Below, piece after piece: positions 1 through 9,443 of a stretch of 43,390 nucleotides of DNA (the first letter of the stretch is position 1; every line of letters starts with the position of its first letter). The DNA is from a virus, in IMG/VR virus record IMGVR_UViG_3300000298_000017, positions 1-43,390 of that record, one strand, 5' to 3'. Made by a program: the position numbers and the translations under genes. Under the pieces are notes generated by a model that saw only the letters and a list, made by a program, of their open reading frames with translations, was not told where the DNA came from and ran no database searches.

Positions 1-43
1 TGCCAGCGGCCCCTCCGCCGCCGCCACCGCCGCCGCCGTCGCC
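1..43. repeat. Direct terminal repeat, left copy (identical to 43348..43390)
   Basis: The first 43 nt (tgccagcggcccctccgccgccgccaccgccgccgccgtcgcc) recur exactly as the last 43 nt. A minus-strand ORF is in frame across the implied junction. Confidence 0.9.
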
Positions 44-2002
44 GCCGCATCCATACAATACGGCGGATGCTCCGTCAGCGCCTTTCCCGCCCGCTCCAGG
101 TTTTGACGACCTGAAAGTTCCTTCAGCAATTTGGGACGAAAAGCCAAAACTCGGTGCGGTTGAAGAAGACCCAGCGCTTCCATTGTTTGAGCCAGAAGAA
201 CCTCCAGCGCCACCTCCGCCTGAACCGGACGAAGAAACAGAGGCGTTTACGGAATAAGTCGATGTGTAGTTCGCATACGATCCGCCGTCACTTCCATTCT
301 TTTGGTTACTGTAAGAAGGCCTGCCAGTACCGCCAGCTATCTCTCCAGCGTCACCGCCATTATTTCCAGCGGTTCCTCCGTCAGCCCCGGCAGAACCAGG
401 AATTCCAGATTTTGCGTAAGTTATTCCTGTTACGATATCTGTATACCCAGCAGACTCCGCCGATCCAGATGCGGAAGACTCTTCTCCAAAAACGGTATCT
501 TCTCCACTAGCTCCGTTGGTCTGTCCGCCAGAGCCACAAATATAAGAGATAGTGTCTCCCGCTGAAACATTGATTGTCTTTTGATAGACCTTTCCGGGTT
601 CCCCAGCTTTTCCGCCTGAACCTCCAACGCCCGCTTCTGTTTTATGTCCGCTTGATGAGATGGAAGCGGTTCCGGTTTTTGTTTGTCCAGCGGAATCAGA
701 TGTATAAATAGAAATAGTTTGGTTGTCATATTTGTCTTCGCCAAATCCACCATAAAAATCGCCTGTACCATCATCTCCATTCCCACCGGCTCCGCCGCCT
801 CCAATCAAGACCACTACTACCTGTGTAACGCCCTCCGGGACTGTCCAGGTTCCAGAACCTGTCAGCACTTCATGCTCATCATATGTTACTACCTGCTCGA
901 ATTTCGGCGGCACAAATCCAACCAGCAACGTTTCGTCCGCTTTCAACGTGTTGGACAGGTTGATGTCAGCGGATTCCAGACAGGCGCTGACTCCCGTTTT
1001 GTCATAAGGATGCCATGTCGCAACACGGTTACCCGGCACCTCTCCTTGGTATACAATAGGAGCCTGTATTGTTTCGGTCCATTGGAAATAATTAGCCAGC
1101 CGCTCCGCTACCGCCGTTGAATTTACCAGACTAACCAGTGTTGCGTCCTTCACCGTTTTAATGTTAGGCTCTGCCGCCTCAGATACATCCCTTACCACCT
1201 CTCTGGTATTATGGATATACGCCCGTCCTTTCAGCGTGCCAGAGCCGCCAGAAACCTTTGCGTAGTTGGCCCCGCTCTCCAAGATAGAGAAGCCGTCAGC
1301 AACTAGCTCATACATCGGACTATTAAATGTGATAATATCCCCCTGCTGGGCAGTTCCTTCAAACAGCTTGGTTTCCTCTCCGCCCTCCACATATTGGTGC
1401 TCTGTGACGACCACCTGGGTTATTTTTGCTGTTTCCGGGGCTTTCGCTCCCACCAGCATATAATCCTCATTGATATTTCCAGAGATGCCATCCCACAGGC
1501 TTTCAATGCGTAAAACGCCGTCCAAATCCGTTTTGATCCATGCTCCAATCGCTATCAGGACTTGGACCAGGTTGTCCCGCTGTGTAGCAACAGGCAGCCA
1601 ACCATATAGCTTAACGTCTGCATATTTGTTTTGGATTGAAAAAGGGACTGTGCCACAGATGCTAGCAATAACTTCCTGCGCTGTTTGCCCGGTGTATATT
1701 CCTCCATAATGTTGTCCCTCAGTTAAAATACCAATGGCTGATGTAGCGTAAAGACTATATCTATTAGGCCCCACTCGCTCTACTTCTTGAAGGTAAAATA
1801 TCCCTCGCTGGGCGCCATTGTAGATCCATTTTAAGGGTGTATTTCGAGCGAATCCAATAAACACTCCATCTGGGTCACGGGCCTCAGCGGATAGTGTATT
1901 GACCTCCAGAGAGGATGAGCGGAGAGACATAGCGATATGTACATTTCCCGAAAAGATATCCTTTTGGTAAAATGTCTTTCCGTTATAAACAAGCTGATTC
2001 AT
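1..2002 (-). CDS. Tal-like tail tip protein with a Gly/Ser-rich C-terminal half, N-terminal 667 codons (continues at 43085..43390)
   Basis: Absent from the ORF track because it runs off the window. ATG at 2002..2000 overlaps (ATGA) the stop of the upstream gene. I hand-translated stretches at 841-960 and 1861-2002 and found the frame open. The product starts MNQLVYNGKTFYQKD and contains VVVVLIGGGGAGGNGDDG. It sits directly after the tape measure and Dit-position genes. Confidence 0.75.
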   Translation of the reverse strand, partial: MNQLVYNGKTFYQKDIFSGNVHIAMSLRSSSLEVNTLSAEARDPDGVFIGFARNTPLKWIYNGAQRGIFYLQEVERVGPNRYSLYATSAIGILTEGQHYGGIYTGQTAQEVIASICGTVPFSIQNKYADVKLYGWLPVATQRDNLVQVLIAIGAWIKTDLDGVLRIESLWDGISGNINEDYMLVGAKAPETAKITQVVVTEHQYVEGGEETKLFEGTAQQGDIITFNSPMYELVADGFSILESGANYAKVSGGSGTLKGRAYIHNTREVVRDVSEAAEPNIKTVKDATLVSLVNSTAVAERLANYFQWTETIQAPIVYQGEVPGNRVATWHPYDKTGVSACLESADINLSNTLKADETLLVGFVPPKFEQVVTYDEHEVLTGSGTWTVPEGVTQVVVVLIGGGGAGGNGDDGTGDFYGGFGEDKYDNQTISIYTSDSAGQTKTGTASISSSGHKTEAGVGGSGGKAGEPGKVYQKTINVSAGDTISYICGSGGQTNGASGEDTVFGEESSASGSAESAGYTDIVTGITYAKSGIPGSAGADGGTAGNNGGDAGEIAGGTGRPSYSNQKNGSDGGSYANYTSTYSVNASVSSSGSGGGGAGGSSGSNNGSAGSSSTAPSFGFSSQIAEGTFRSSKPGAGGKGADGASAVLYGCGGDGGGGGGGGGAAG

Positions 2003-2385
2003 GTCGGCACCTTCTTTGGCTCCCTGGCGTAAAATGTGACGGTCAAACCGCCCCAGCAGGTCCCATCATCCATGTATTCCACTGTATCCTCAACGACCTC
2101 TATATAGGCCTCATAAGATAGTGTGGTTTGCCCGTAGGGTGCCACAACAGTGTGACTATCCACCGGGGATGTCAGTACCTCATAAAGAGAGTCATAGTCA
2201 TCACGGCTCATCCCATCAGCAGAAAGTTGGAATGTGTAGTCAAAAAAAGTCCCTTGGAGATCCCTCCAGTGATAACCGGAAAGAGCGTTGTCTGCGTTTG
2301 GCCCATCTGAGAGTCTGGCTTTACGGGCAATAGATTCTACGCCTATGTTGTATCCAACCCCGTCTATGGTGAAAATATTATCCAT
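1999..2385 (-). CDS. Tail protein in the distal-tail-protein (Dit) position
   Basis: About 128 aa between the tape measure and the Tal-like gene, ATGA-coupled to the latter. ATG at 2385 follows GGAGTGAGGTGG. The function is inferred from position only, and the protein is short for a Dit. Confidence 0.45.
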   Translation of the reverse strand: MDNIFTIDGVGYNIGVESIARKARLSDGPNADNALSGYHWRDLQGTFFDYTFQLSADGMSRDDYDSLYEVLTSPVDSHTVVAPYGQTTLSYEAYIEVVEDTVEYMDDGTCWGGLTVTFYAREPKKVPT

Positions 2386-2392
2386 AGCCACC

Positions 2393-4279
2393 TCACTCCA
2401 CCAAGTCTGTACCGCTTCTACGGTCCTCGTCCCTTAGATAAGGCCGCAAAAACATTGACGCCTCTCTCGGATAGAAGCCAATGTCCAGTTTGACTCGTTG
2501 TGAACTGTTCCCATAAACCTCACCGCTCTTGTTTGTATCAGCAGTTTCTCGGACGGTCGTAGCCGCCACCGAACCTGGGACCATTCCGTCGTTAACCAAG
2601 GTAACACGCCGCTCAATATTAGGCATAGCGCGCTCTAACTCGCTAAGTACATCTAGTCTGGATACAGCAGATTTGACAGAGGCTGCGTTTCCCTCCAGCC
2701 CGTTCGCTATCCCTTGGTCAATATTCTTGCCCAGGCGCTCCCCTCGCTTAGACGGAGAATGTACCTCTGCTTCTTTCTCGGCGGTTCCAAAAATCGCATC
2801 TATGACAGAACCTATGGCGTCTACCACATTCCCGACCATGGACAAGAATCCATCTATCAGGCCCTGAATGATATTGGCTCCAATGTCAAACAGCATTTGT
2901 GGCAACTGGGCAAACCCATCCAAAATAGCTTTAACTACATCAGGAAGCGCAAGCACAATGCTTGGAATCGCACTTATGATGCCGTAAACTAGAGCAGTAA
3001 GAATTTCGACGCCGGTTCCAATTATTTCAGGAAGATTCTCTATGATAAAATCAATAATGGATGTAAGTATCTGCGGGAGATTTTCCATCAAAATTGGAAT
3101 TGCAGAAACAATCCCATCTATCAGGCTTATAAGAATGTCGGCCCCTGTATCCAGAATGGAGGGCAAATTTTCGGTAAAATATTCTGAAATTGACGATATT
3201 ATTTCTGGCAGCTTCTCTACAAGGGACGGAATGCCATTTTTGATTCCATCCGCTATGTATTTGAGAAGTTCAATCCCGGCATCCAACAAGGAGGGAGCCA
3301 GTTCTACAAGAGCAACGAATATTTCTTCGACCACCTGTGCCAGTCCGTCCAGCAGGGTCGGCAGATTATCGATGATCCCCTGCAAAATAGCTTGGAGAAC
3401 ATCCACGCCAAAGGAAAGAAAATCCGGGAGCTTCTCCACCAGCGCCGTGACCATATCGCCGATGGCCGCAGAAAGCGCCTCATCCGCTCCATCTACACCA
3501 TTGACCAGGTCATTGAACGCCGTAACGACACTTGCGATTGAAGGGAGAAATTCAGATAGGAGATTATTTTTTACTTTTGATACGGTTTCTCCCAGTTGAG
3601 ATAACGTATCATCGAGAAGGATCTGATTTTCTCTCGCCTGAATCAGCGCTTCGTTGTTTCGATAAAATGCCTCGCTCGCTTGGTCGTAGGTCCTGGACAG
3701 GGTGTCCATAATAAGCTGGTTGCGTTCACTCTCAGAGGTACATTCGGCCAACTTTTCGTTAAACTCATCCTCGGAGATTCCAGCCCAGTTGAGCGCGTCA
3801 GCCAGAACGCCGGTTACCTGACCGACCTTCGCCGTCTCGTTTGCGCTTTCAATCAGCCCTTCGATTGGAAGGGAGTCGCCAAAGGTACCGAATACACCAG
3901 CGGCGATATCGGTCCATGTGGATACGTCCTCCTCATTCTCCGCCAGTTTTGCCAAGAGCTGGGATGCCTCGGTAGCCGTATCGGTATCGCCAAGTATTTT
4001 GTAAAAGTCGCCGTAAGCTTTGGAGGCTGTTTCAGGTCCATATCCCGCCGCCTCAAAGGCGGTATTCAATTTACCTTGGGCGACTCGGTATTCTTCGGTA
4101 GCAGATTCCAGGGCTAGGAGTCCGGTCACCGCTCCAGTTGCGGCGGTTGCTACTCCTCCAATGGCCGCTACAGTTCCTTTCAGCGCCGTCTTGGCAACGC
4201 CACCCAACTTGGATAAGCCAGACTTAAAACCGCTTTCGTCGATATCTGTTCCGATTTTTACAGTGCCATCGTTCGCCAA
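2393..4279 (-). CDS. Tail tape measure protein
   Basis: 628 aa, the largest tail-module ORF. It has helical A/G/L/I-rich repeats (ENLPSILDTGADILISLIDGI, ENLPEIIGTGVEILTALVYGI). TTG start after AGGAGGTG. It is located after the two chaperone-position genes. Confidence 0.85.
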   Translation of the reverse strand: MANDGTVKIGTDIDESGFKSGLSKLGGVAKTALKGTVAAIGGVATAATGAVTGLLALESATEEYRVAQGKLNTAFEAAGYGPETASKAYGDFYKILGDTDTATEASQLLAKLAENEEDVSTWTDIAAGVFGTFGDSLPIEGLIESANETAKVGQVTGVLADALNWAGISEDEFNEKLAECTSESERNQLIMDTLSRTYDQASEAFYRNNEALIQARENQILLDDTLSQLGETVSKVKNNLLSEFLPSIASVVTAFNDLVNGVDGADEALSAAIGDMVTALVEKLPDFLSFGVDVLQAILQGIIDNLPTLLDGLAQVVEEIFVALVELAPSLLDAGIELLKYIADGIKNGIPSLVEKLPEIISSISEYFTENLPSILDTGADILISLIDGIVSAIPILMENLPQILTSIIDFIIENLPEIIGTGVEILTALVYGIISAIPSIVLALPDVVKAILDGFAQLPQMLFDIGANIIQGLIDGFLSMVGNVVDAIGSVIDAIFGTAEKEAEVHSPSKRGERLGKNIDQGIANGLEGNAASVKSAVSRLDVLSELERAMPNIERRVTLVNDGMVPGSVAATTVRETADTNKSGEVYGNSSQRVKLDIGFYPREASMFLRPYLRDEDRRSGTDLVE

Positions 4280-4360
4280 TCATGCCACCTCCTGTGGCTA
4301 TGGCACTACGGCACTTTCAGCTCAAATATTTTTTTGCAGATTTTGCACTTCAACCATAGG

Positions 4361-4993
4361 TCATTTGCTCGTGCTTTCGGACCCAGCATCACCCGACTGT
4401 CCACTACTCCGCAGTACGGACAAACTGGCTTGCGCTTCTTCGTATCTTCGTTTGACATAATCTTTCATGTCCTGTTCTGTCTTATAGCCTGTGTTTCCAG
4501 TCCCAAGAGAGTAGCGTGATTTCATTTCCCGGTAGAACTGTTTTTGCTGCTTTGGGACATCCTTCAAATCTACTGTCCGGTAGGTCATAATCCGGCAGAT
4601 CTCACAGTCTTGGGGAAGGGATTTGAACAGCGCTTTGAACCGCCACCAATGCAATTTTGCTGTGCTTAAATCTATCCCATAGCACTCCCAAAAAGCGGAG
4701 AAAATAAACTCGCTGTCCTGCTCAAAGTCAAATGCCTGTGGATGTTTCTTTCCTGGAGCCGATTTCTCTTGCGAGGCTGCAGAATAGAACTCCAGCATGG
4801 ACTCCAGTGTGTCATTGGAGGGCGGAAGGCCCAGAGAAGTCATGAACTCACAGAGCCGTTCTGCTTTCCTTCCGTCCTCTTCTTTTGCCAGCAAGATCCC
4901 TTGAAATTCGATCCAGCGCCGGAAATCTGTATCCACAGGGTATAAGACTCCGTCAATGGTGATTGTTTCCGGCGGCTCCCTGTACAGGCTCAT
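4361..4993 (-). CDS. Phage Gp15-like protein (second tail-chaperone position)
   Basis: 210 aa starting MSLYREPPETITIDGVLYPVDTDFRRWIEF. Lies immediately upstream of the tape measure and is ATGA-coupled to the preceding gene. Family recalled from memory. Confidence 0.5.
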   Translation of the reverse strand: MSLYREPPETITIDGVLYPVDTDFRRWIEFQGILLAKEEDGRKAERLCEFMTSLGLPPSNDTLESMLEFYSAASQEKSAPGKKHPQAFDFEQDSEFIFSAFWECYGIDLSTAKLHWWRFKALFKSLPQDCEICRIMTYRTVDLKDVPKQQKQFYREMKSRYSLGTGNTGYKTEQDMKDYVKRRYEEAQASLSVLRSSGQSGDAGSESTSK

Positions 4994-5349
4994 TTTTTCA
5001 GATTCTGTAGGGTGAGCAGCTTCTGTACCTCCGGTCGGTTCAGCGCTTCCCTGGCTTCCGCCAGCTTTGCTTCCATTCTTGCTTTCCGTGCGGGTGCGTC
5101 ATAAGCCGCAATGATGTCCTCACACGCCTTCATCAATTCGTTTGTATCTACCTCTTCCACGCTGGGCAAAGAGCCGGGAGCGAGATCCAAAACGAACATA
5201 TGGAGCCGCTGGACTACCTCCCGGCGGGTGATCTCCCCACTACGGTAATCCTGATCGATTTTTGCCACAGATTCGATCTTATCATCCACGGACAATGTTC
5301 TAGCGGGCAACTCATAGGTCTTTCCTTGGATGGTAACTTTGTAATTCAT
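4990..5349 (-). CDS. Tail assembly chaperone (gpG position)
   Basis: 119 aa between the major tail protein and the Gp15-like gene. Ends CTG AAA AAA TGA, overlapping the next ATG. Confidence 0.5.
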   Translation of the reverse strand: MNYKVTIQGKTYELPARTLSVDDKIESVAKIDQDYRSGEITRREVVQRLHMFVLDLAPGSLPSVEEVDTNELMKACEDIIAAYDAPARKARMEAKLAEAREALNRPEVQKLLTLQNLKK

Positions 5350-5361
5350 GTTGTTCTCTCC

Positions 5362-5859
5362 TTAGACAGCAGAATATGTATACTCTGTGGGGGCAGTTCC
5401 AACGCTCCGAAGGTCTACGGAAATAGCGGAGTTTTCGCCAGCATTTCCGCCGCCATCAGAATTAACGATGATGGAAACGGTGCCCTTCTCTCCCTTACCA
5501 GTCAGCAGAGAGAAATAAACATAGGGTACAACGACCTTCTGGCCTACTCCATGAGCGATATCCAGGCCAAAGCAGTAGTCCTGGAAAGCGTCGCCAATGT
5601 AGCGGTCGCCGGTGATGGCAAAGGTGCGCTGTGTGCCAGTCTTGGAGGTGGACAGTCCCGTTCGGATATACTGCTTGTCCTGGGTAACGGGGTTCATCTG
5701 TGGGTCCAAGCCAGCAATGCCCATCTGCACAACGGTATAGTCCTTCTCCGTGGTGGCCTCCTCTCCAATCCCGACTGCCAACACCCAATCATCGTTGGTA
5801 GCAAAACCAGCAAATTCATCATTCGGAGTATATCCGGCCATTAATTCAGATACTTTCAT
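5362..5859 (-). CDS. Major tail (tube) protein
   Basis: 165 aa, located after the connector genes and before the chaperones. No sheath gene is nearby. Strong RBS context. Confidence 0.6.
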   Translation of the reverse strand: MKVSELMAGYTPNDEFAGFATNDDWVLAVGIGEEATTEKDYTVVQMGIAGLDPQMNPVTQDKQYIRTGLSTSKTGTQRTFAITGDRYIGDAFQDYCFGLDIAHGVGQKVVVPYVYFSLLTGKGEKGTVSIIVNSDGGGNAGENSAISVDLRSVGTAPTEYTYSAV

Positions 5860-6293
5860 GCTTTCACTCCTTCTGTATAATACCTAACCCTGACCTGGAA
5901 CATATAGCGGGCGACGGTGCCCGCCTCATTCACCCCGGCCAGATTCGGCATATTTTGTAGATTTTCAATACTTAGCACCTTACATCCCTGGAATTTAGGG
6001 AAGTTTCGTGATCTGTTCTGCTCATCGATCCAGTCCATAAAGTCCTGAACGCTCTGCGCCTGCTCTGCGTTGATATCGCTTGTGCCTTGATCCTGGGGCA
6101 GCATCTGCACAACGGCGAACTCATAGACCTTGATCCCCACGTCCCGAATGAACCGCTTCTCCCACACGTCGCTGTACACCGTTTCAACGCTGACACGCCC
6201 CGCCTTATCTGTGGCGCTGTTGAAATAGAGGAAGGACTTCACGGCGGGGCATTTCTCCAGAAATTCTAGAATTTCTTTATTTTTGTTCGCCAT
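5856..6293 (-). CDS. Tail completion / terminator-position protein
   Basis: ATG at 6293 (MANKNKEILEFLEK). Overlaps the major tail protein start by 4 nt. Call is from position within the connector block. Confidence 0.45.
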   Translation of the reverse strand: MANKNKEILEFLEKCPAVKSFLYFNSATDKAGRVSVETVYSDVWEKRFIRDVGIKVYEFAVVQMLPQDQGTSDINAEQAQSVQDFMDWIDEQNRSRNFPKFQGCKVLSIENLQNMPNLAGVNEAGTVARYMFQVRVRYYTEGVKA

Positions 6294-6297
6294 AAAA

Positions 6298-6687
6298 TCA
6301 CTTCCTCTTGATATAGGTTTCAATATCCTCCGCTAGTCTGTCGCCCTTTGCAGTCATGGCGGCCCGCTCCCAGTGGGAGGTCGTTCCTGGCGTATGGTAT
6401 TCTAACGGCTTCCCGGATGGATATTTCGATTCATTTTTCTTTGCGTAGCTGCTTCCGTTTTTAGCGAGGTACAACTCCCCCTCCCATTGATAGTGAGCAT
6501 GGGGAGATTTGTAATGTACGAAATCTTTTGTTATATCTATGTTTATATTGAGCTTCCCCTCACTTCCACCTGGAACACATTGTGAGCAATAGGCATGCAG
6601 TCGAGTATGGGCGTATTTCCTGACATCATCTGAAAATATCCGTTTGAACGTTTTCTTCGGGTTGAAAATCTCAACACTGATATTCAT
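6298..6687 (-). CDS. Head-tail joining protein (HK97 gp10-like position)
   Basis: ATG at 6687 (MNISVEIFNPKK), ATGA-coupled with the upstream gene. The longer track ORF start at 6870 lies inside the preceding gene. Confidence 0.45.
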   Translation of the reverse strand: MNISVEIFNPKKTFKRIFSDDVRKYAHTRLHAYCSQCVPGGSEGKLNINIDITKDFVHYKSPHAHYQWEGELYLAKNGSSYAKKNESKYPSGKPLEYHTPGTTSHWERAAMTAKGDRLAEDIETYIKRK

Positions 6688-7082
6688 ACGCCCTCCAGGT
6701 GGATGTGTCCCAATGGAAGCCTTGTGTTGTCCCGGACGGAACGGACGGTCATGAACTCGTATCGTCCCGCCACCGCCCGCACATTGTCCGGGGTCACATT
6801 CTCCGCTACCTTCCCATGTACCACGATGTCGCCAACAGAGGCTGTAAAGCCGATCATGTCGCCTTTCCACTCCTGGTATGGGTGGTAATCCGGCGATTCC
6901 GGGATACGGACCGTAACCGTCTGCCCCAGCGACACATCAGCGCCCGACACGCTCCTCACGGTGGTTCGGACAAACACGCAACCGGTCAGAACGGTCTTTT
7001 TCCATGCGTCCAGGCCGTCCGGGCTGTCCTCTGCTGCTCTCCGGTTCAGAAGCGTGATCGTCTCACGAAACAGCGGCGTCAT
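6684..7082 (-). CDS. Head closure / head-tail adaptor protein
   Basis: 132 aa, translationally coupled on both sides. Second gene after the major capsid protein. Confidence 0.45.
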   Translation of the reverse strand: MTPLFRETITLLNRRAAEDSPDGLDAWKKTVLTGCVFVRTTVRSVSGADVSLGQTVTVRIPESPDYHPYQEWKGDMIGFTASVGDIVVHGKVAENVTPDNVRAVAGRYEFMTVRSVRDNTRLPLGHIHLEGV

Positions 7083-7423
7083 ATCCCAACCTCCAGGCTG
7101 ACCAGCTCAACGGGAAGTATTTCCACGATTTGGTCATATACGGAGCCCATCATTTGCTCCTCCGTCCGGGCAGAGGCATAGTTGACAGTCAGGCCGTCGT
7201 TGCTGGTACTCGCTACATTAACAAAGCCGCTCTTGATTCTTTCCATAGCGTCGATAATGAGCACCATACACAGGCGGATATCATCGTCTGGCCCTGTGAT
7301 CCGTCCCCGCGTCCAGTAATCCAGCTTTTTTCTCGCCAGTTGCTCCAGGCGGGGGAAGGCCGATGAGCTGGCCGCCCCGCCAAGGGCTTTATACTGTTCG
7401 TATGTGATATAGCCACACATCAA
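7079..7423 (-). CDS. Head-tail connector (gp6-like) protein
   Basis: 114 aa, first gene after the major capsid protein (MMCGYITYEQYKALGG...). Position is typical of this family. Confidence 0.5.
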   Translation of the reverse strand: MMCGYITYEQYKALGGAASSSAFPRLEQLARKKLDYWTRGRITGPDDDIRLCMVLIIDAMERIKSGFVNVASTSNDGLTVNYASARTEEQMMGSVYDQIVEILPVELVSLEVGI

Positions 7424-7441
7424 GCCTTCCCCCGCCTTCTT

Positions 7442-8626
7442 TTAGGTCTTGGCCGTCACAGTAGCGTTACCGGCATTCTGGGCCTTATAGGTGCTGTCAG
7501 CTTCCACAACGGTGATCTTATGGCCGGTGGTGGCAGTAATGTCAGACACGCCGTCCCAAGTAGTCCAGTTCCGCACACTCTGACCGTAAGTAACTACCGG
7601 AGCCGTAGAGGGGTCAGTTTTGTACTTGTACACGTTGGTGGGGGACTCCTTTATGGGAGTAACTGTCAGCTTGGTATCGCCGGATGCGGTTCCCGCCGCA
7701 CTCTGCACCGTCAGCGTCCCCAGGGTGGGAGTGCTGTCCACATCAATAACCGCAATACCATCCAAATACTCCGCAAACAGGGTCATGCCCATGATGGCAA
7801 AGCTCTCGGACACGGCAGTGTGGTAGTTGCCCTCCATATGGACGCCGATTAGATTCGTCTCACCGTCCGTGGTATAGACCAGACCAGCCCTTGCAAAGTC
7901 ACTGGTAGACGGGTCCACATAATACAGAACAATATTCTCCACAGGAGTGGCAATCACTCGTCCGCGGGGGATTTCCTCGTCAGACAGCAGGAACACAGTG
8001 GAGAAGCCCATGAAGTTCTGCACATACTGGAAGCCGAAAGCTGTCTGGACGGTGATATTGGCGTCGCCCAGATAGTCGTAGAGGTCCAAGACATTGGCAA
8101 ATCCCACTACATTGGTGACGGTCCGGTGAATCTGCTTGAACTTATTGATGACCAGGCCCTTGGCCATGGCGAGGGCTCTTTGCCAGGTGGTTTCAGAGCT
8201 GGCAAGTTTGCCGGTGTTCAAGTAGGCGTAGAAGCGGCGGGTCACGTTGTCCTGCAATTCATACAGGAATGCGTCGTCCGTCATGCCAACGGCCACGTCA
8301 TAGCCATAGGTCTTAATGGCCTCGATGGAAACAGCCTTGGCATACTTCTCCACAGTCATCTCTTCGTAGGGGGTCTCAATGACTGTGGCCTTAGAGTAAG
8401 GAATTTCCTCGCCCTCTCCCACGTTTCCGCTCTGAAGGGTAACAGAAGCAGTCTTACTCTTTAGAATAGCGCCGGGCTCTTTGCGGATAGGGCGCATGAT
8501 GCCCAGGATCTCCCGCAGGTGCTTCCAGTTGCGGGCAAAGCGGGTCACAAAGTCAATGACACGCGCGGTAGACTGGATGTCGGACGATTTGGTCAAATTA
8601 TCTTTTGCTGCCATAATCTTTATCAA
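7442..8626 (-). CDS. Major capsid protein with a C-terminal Ig-like extension
   Basis: 394 aa directly after the scaffold gene. The C-terminal ~90 aa (TLGTLTVQSAAGTASGDTKLTVTPI...ATVTAKT) look like an Ig-like decoration domain. An alternative ATG start is at 8614. Confidence 0.8.
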   Translation of the reverse strand: MIKIMAAKDNLTKSSDIQSTARVIDFVTRFARNWKHLREILGIMRPIRKEPGAILKSKTASVTLQSGNVGEGEEIPYSKATVIETPYEEMTVEKYAKAVSIEAIKTYGYDVAVGMTDDAFLYELQDNVTRRFYAYLNTGKLASSETTWQRALAMAKGLVINKFKQIHRTVTNVVGFANVLDLYDYLGDANITVQTAFGFQYVQNFMGFSTVFLLSDEEIPRGRVIATPVENIVLYYVDPSTSDFARAGLVYTTDGETNLIGVHMEGNYHTAVSESFAIMGMTLFAEYLDGIAVIDVDSTPTLGTLTVQSAAGTASGDTKLTVTPIKESPTNVYKYKTDPSTAPVVTYGQSVRNWTTWDGVSDITATTGHKITVVEADSTYKAQNAGNATVTAKT

Positions 8627-9231
8627 TCCTTTCTAAATAGGTCTAAATGTTCGGCAATAGCGGCCTGACGCTCTGAGGCATCTTTAATACTCATGATTTG
8701 GTCCTTAGTCATATTGCCGCTGGTGTCGGTTTTGGTAACTCCGGCGATCTTCAACGGTTCATGCTGTGGGTTCTTGAAAATGCCGTCCACGTCTTTGGTC
8801 ATGTCGGAAAACAGGTCAGCGGGCTTTTTGCCTTTGTTTGCTGGGTCTTGGATGGCCTTTTTCAACTCCCCCAAAAAATGGGTGCGTGTATACTCGTTGA
8901 CAAACTCCCGACCCTCGAGGGCGCTCTCTGCGGTCTGTGTGAGGATGGCGTCCACCTGCGCTTCCTTCTCCGCCTTGGCTCGATCCGCTTCGGCCTGCTT
9001 GTACTTGTCAAGCTCCGCCTGAATAGCGGCGGCGTCGCCCTTGGCCTTTTCCAAGTTGGCGATGGTCTCGTCCTTTTCGGCAAGTTGTCTTCGGAGATTT
9101 TCCAATTCGCTCTTTTGGTCGTCCGCCTTCCCCTTTGCTTTGCCAATGTCCCGGCTGTTTAAGTCCAAAATGCTGTTTACCTGTTCGTCCGAAATGTCCT
9201 TCAAAATAGCTTTGATCTCTTCTCTGGTCAT
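8623..9231 (-). CDS. Scaffolding protein
   Basis: ATG at 9231 after GAGGAG. Charged coiled-coil sequence (KAKGKADDQKSELENLRRQLAEKDETIANLEKAKGD). Immediately upstream of the capsid gene. Confidence 0.65.
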   Translation of the reverse strand: MTREEIKAILKDISDEQVNSILDLNSRDIGKAKGKADDQKSELENLRRQLAEKDETIANLEKAKGDAAAIQAELDKYKQAEADRAKAEKEAQVDAILTQTAESALEGREFVNEYTRTHFLGELKKAIQDPANKGKKPADLFSDMTKDVDGIFKNPQHEPLKIAGVTKTDTSGNMTKDQIMSIKDASERQAAIAEHLDLFRKD

Positions 9232-9345
9232 AATGTTCTCCTCTACCACTTCGCTTTTTTCTCGTGGGTCGCATCCACTGTGGCCCCGTAGTTTCTCGAC
9301 TTCGGGTCGGTCAAATGTTGTATAAAATCCGCAAATGCGGGTTTT

Positions 9346-9398
9346 ACCAAAAGAAAAAGCGTGAGCAGATACCGAGATTTACTCGATATCTACCCACG
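9346..9398 (-). terminator. Intrinsic terminator downstream of the RHH gene
   Basis: 41-nt hairpin GCGTG-agc-AGATA-c-CGAG-attta-CTCG-a-TATCT-acc-CACGC (9358-9398). On the minus strand it is followed by TTTTTCTTTT. Confidence 0.6.
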
Positions 9399-9443
9399 CT
9401 CGGGTCTTCCGCCTCAACGCTTAGAGGCGGGAGCAATATTTTA

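Noticed and set aside
154-1709. Plus-strand ORFs at the window start (154..510, 302..565, 683..1120, 1266..1463, 1470..1709) and minus ORF 430..804
   Set aside because: All lie within, and mostly antisense to or out of frame with, the long junction-spanning tail gene. Their compositions are typical of shadow ORFs in GC-rich coding DNA.
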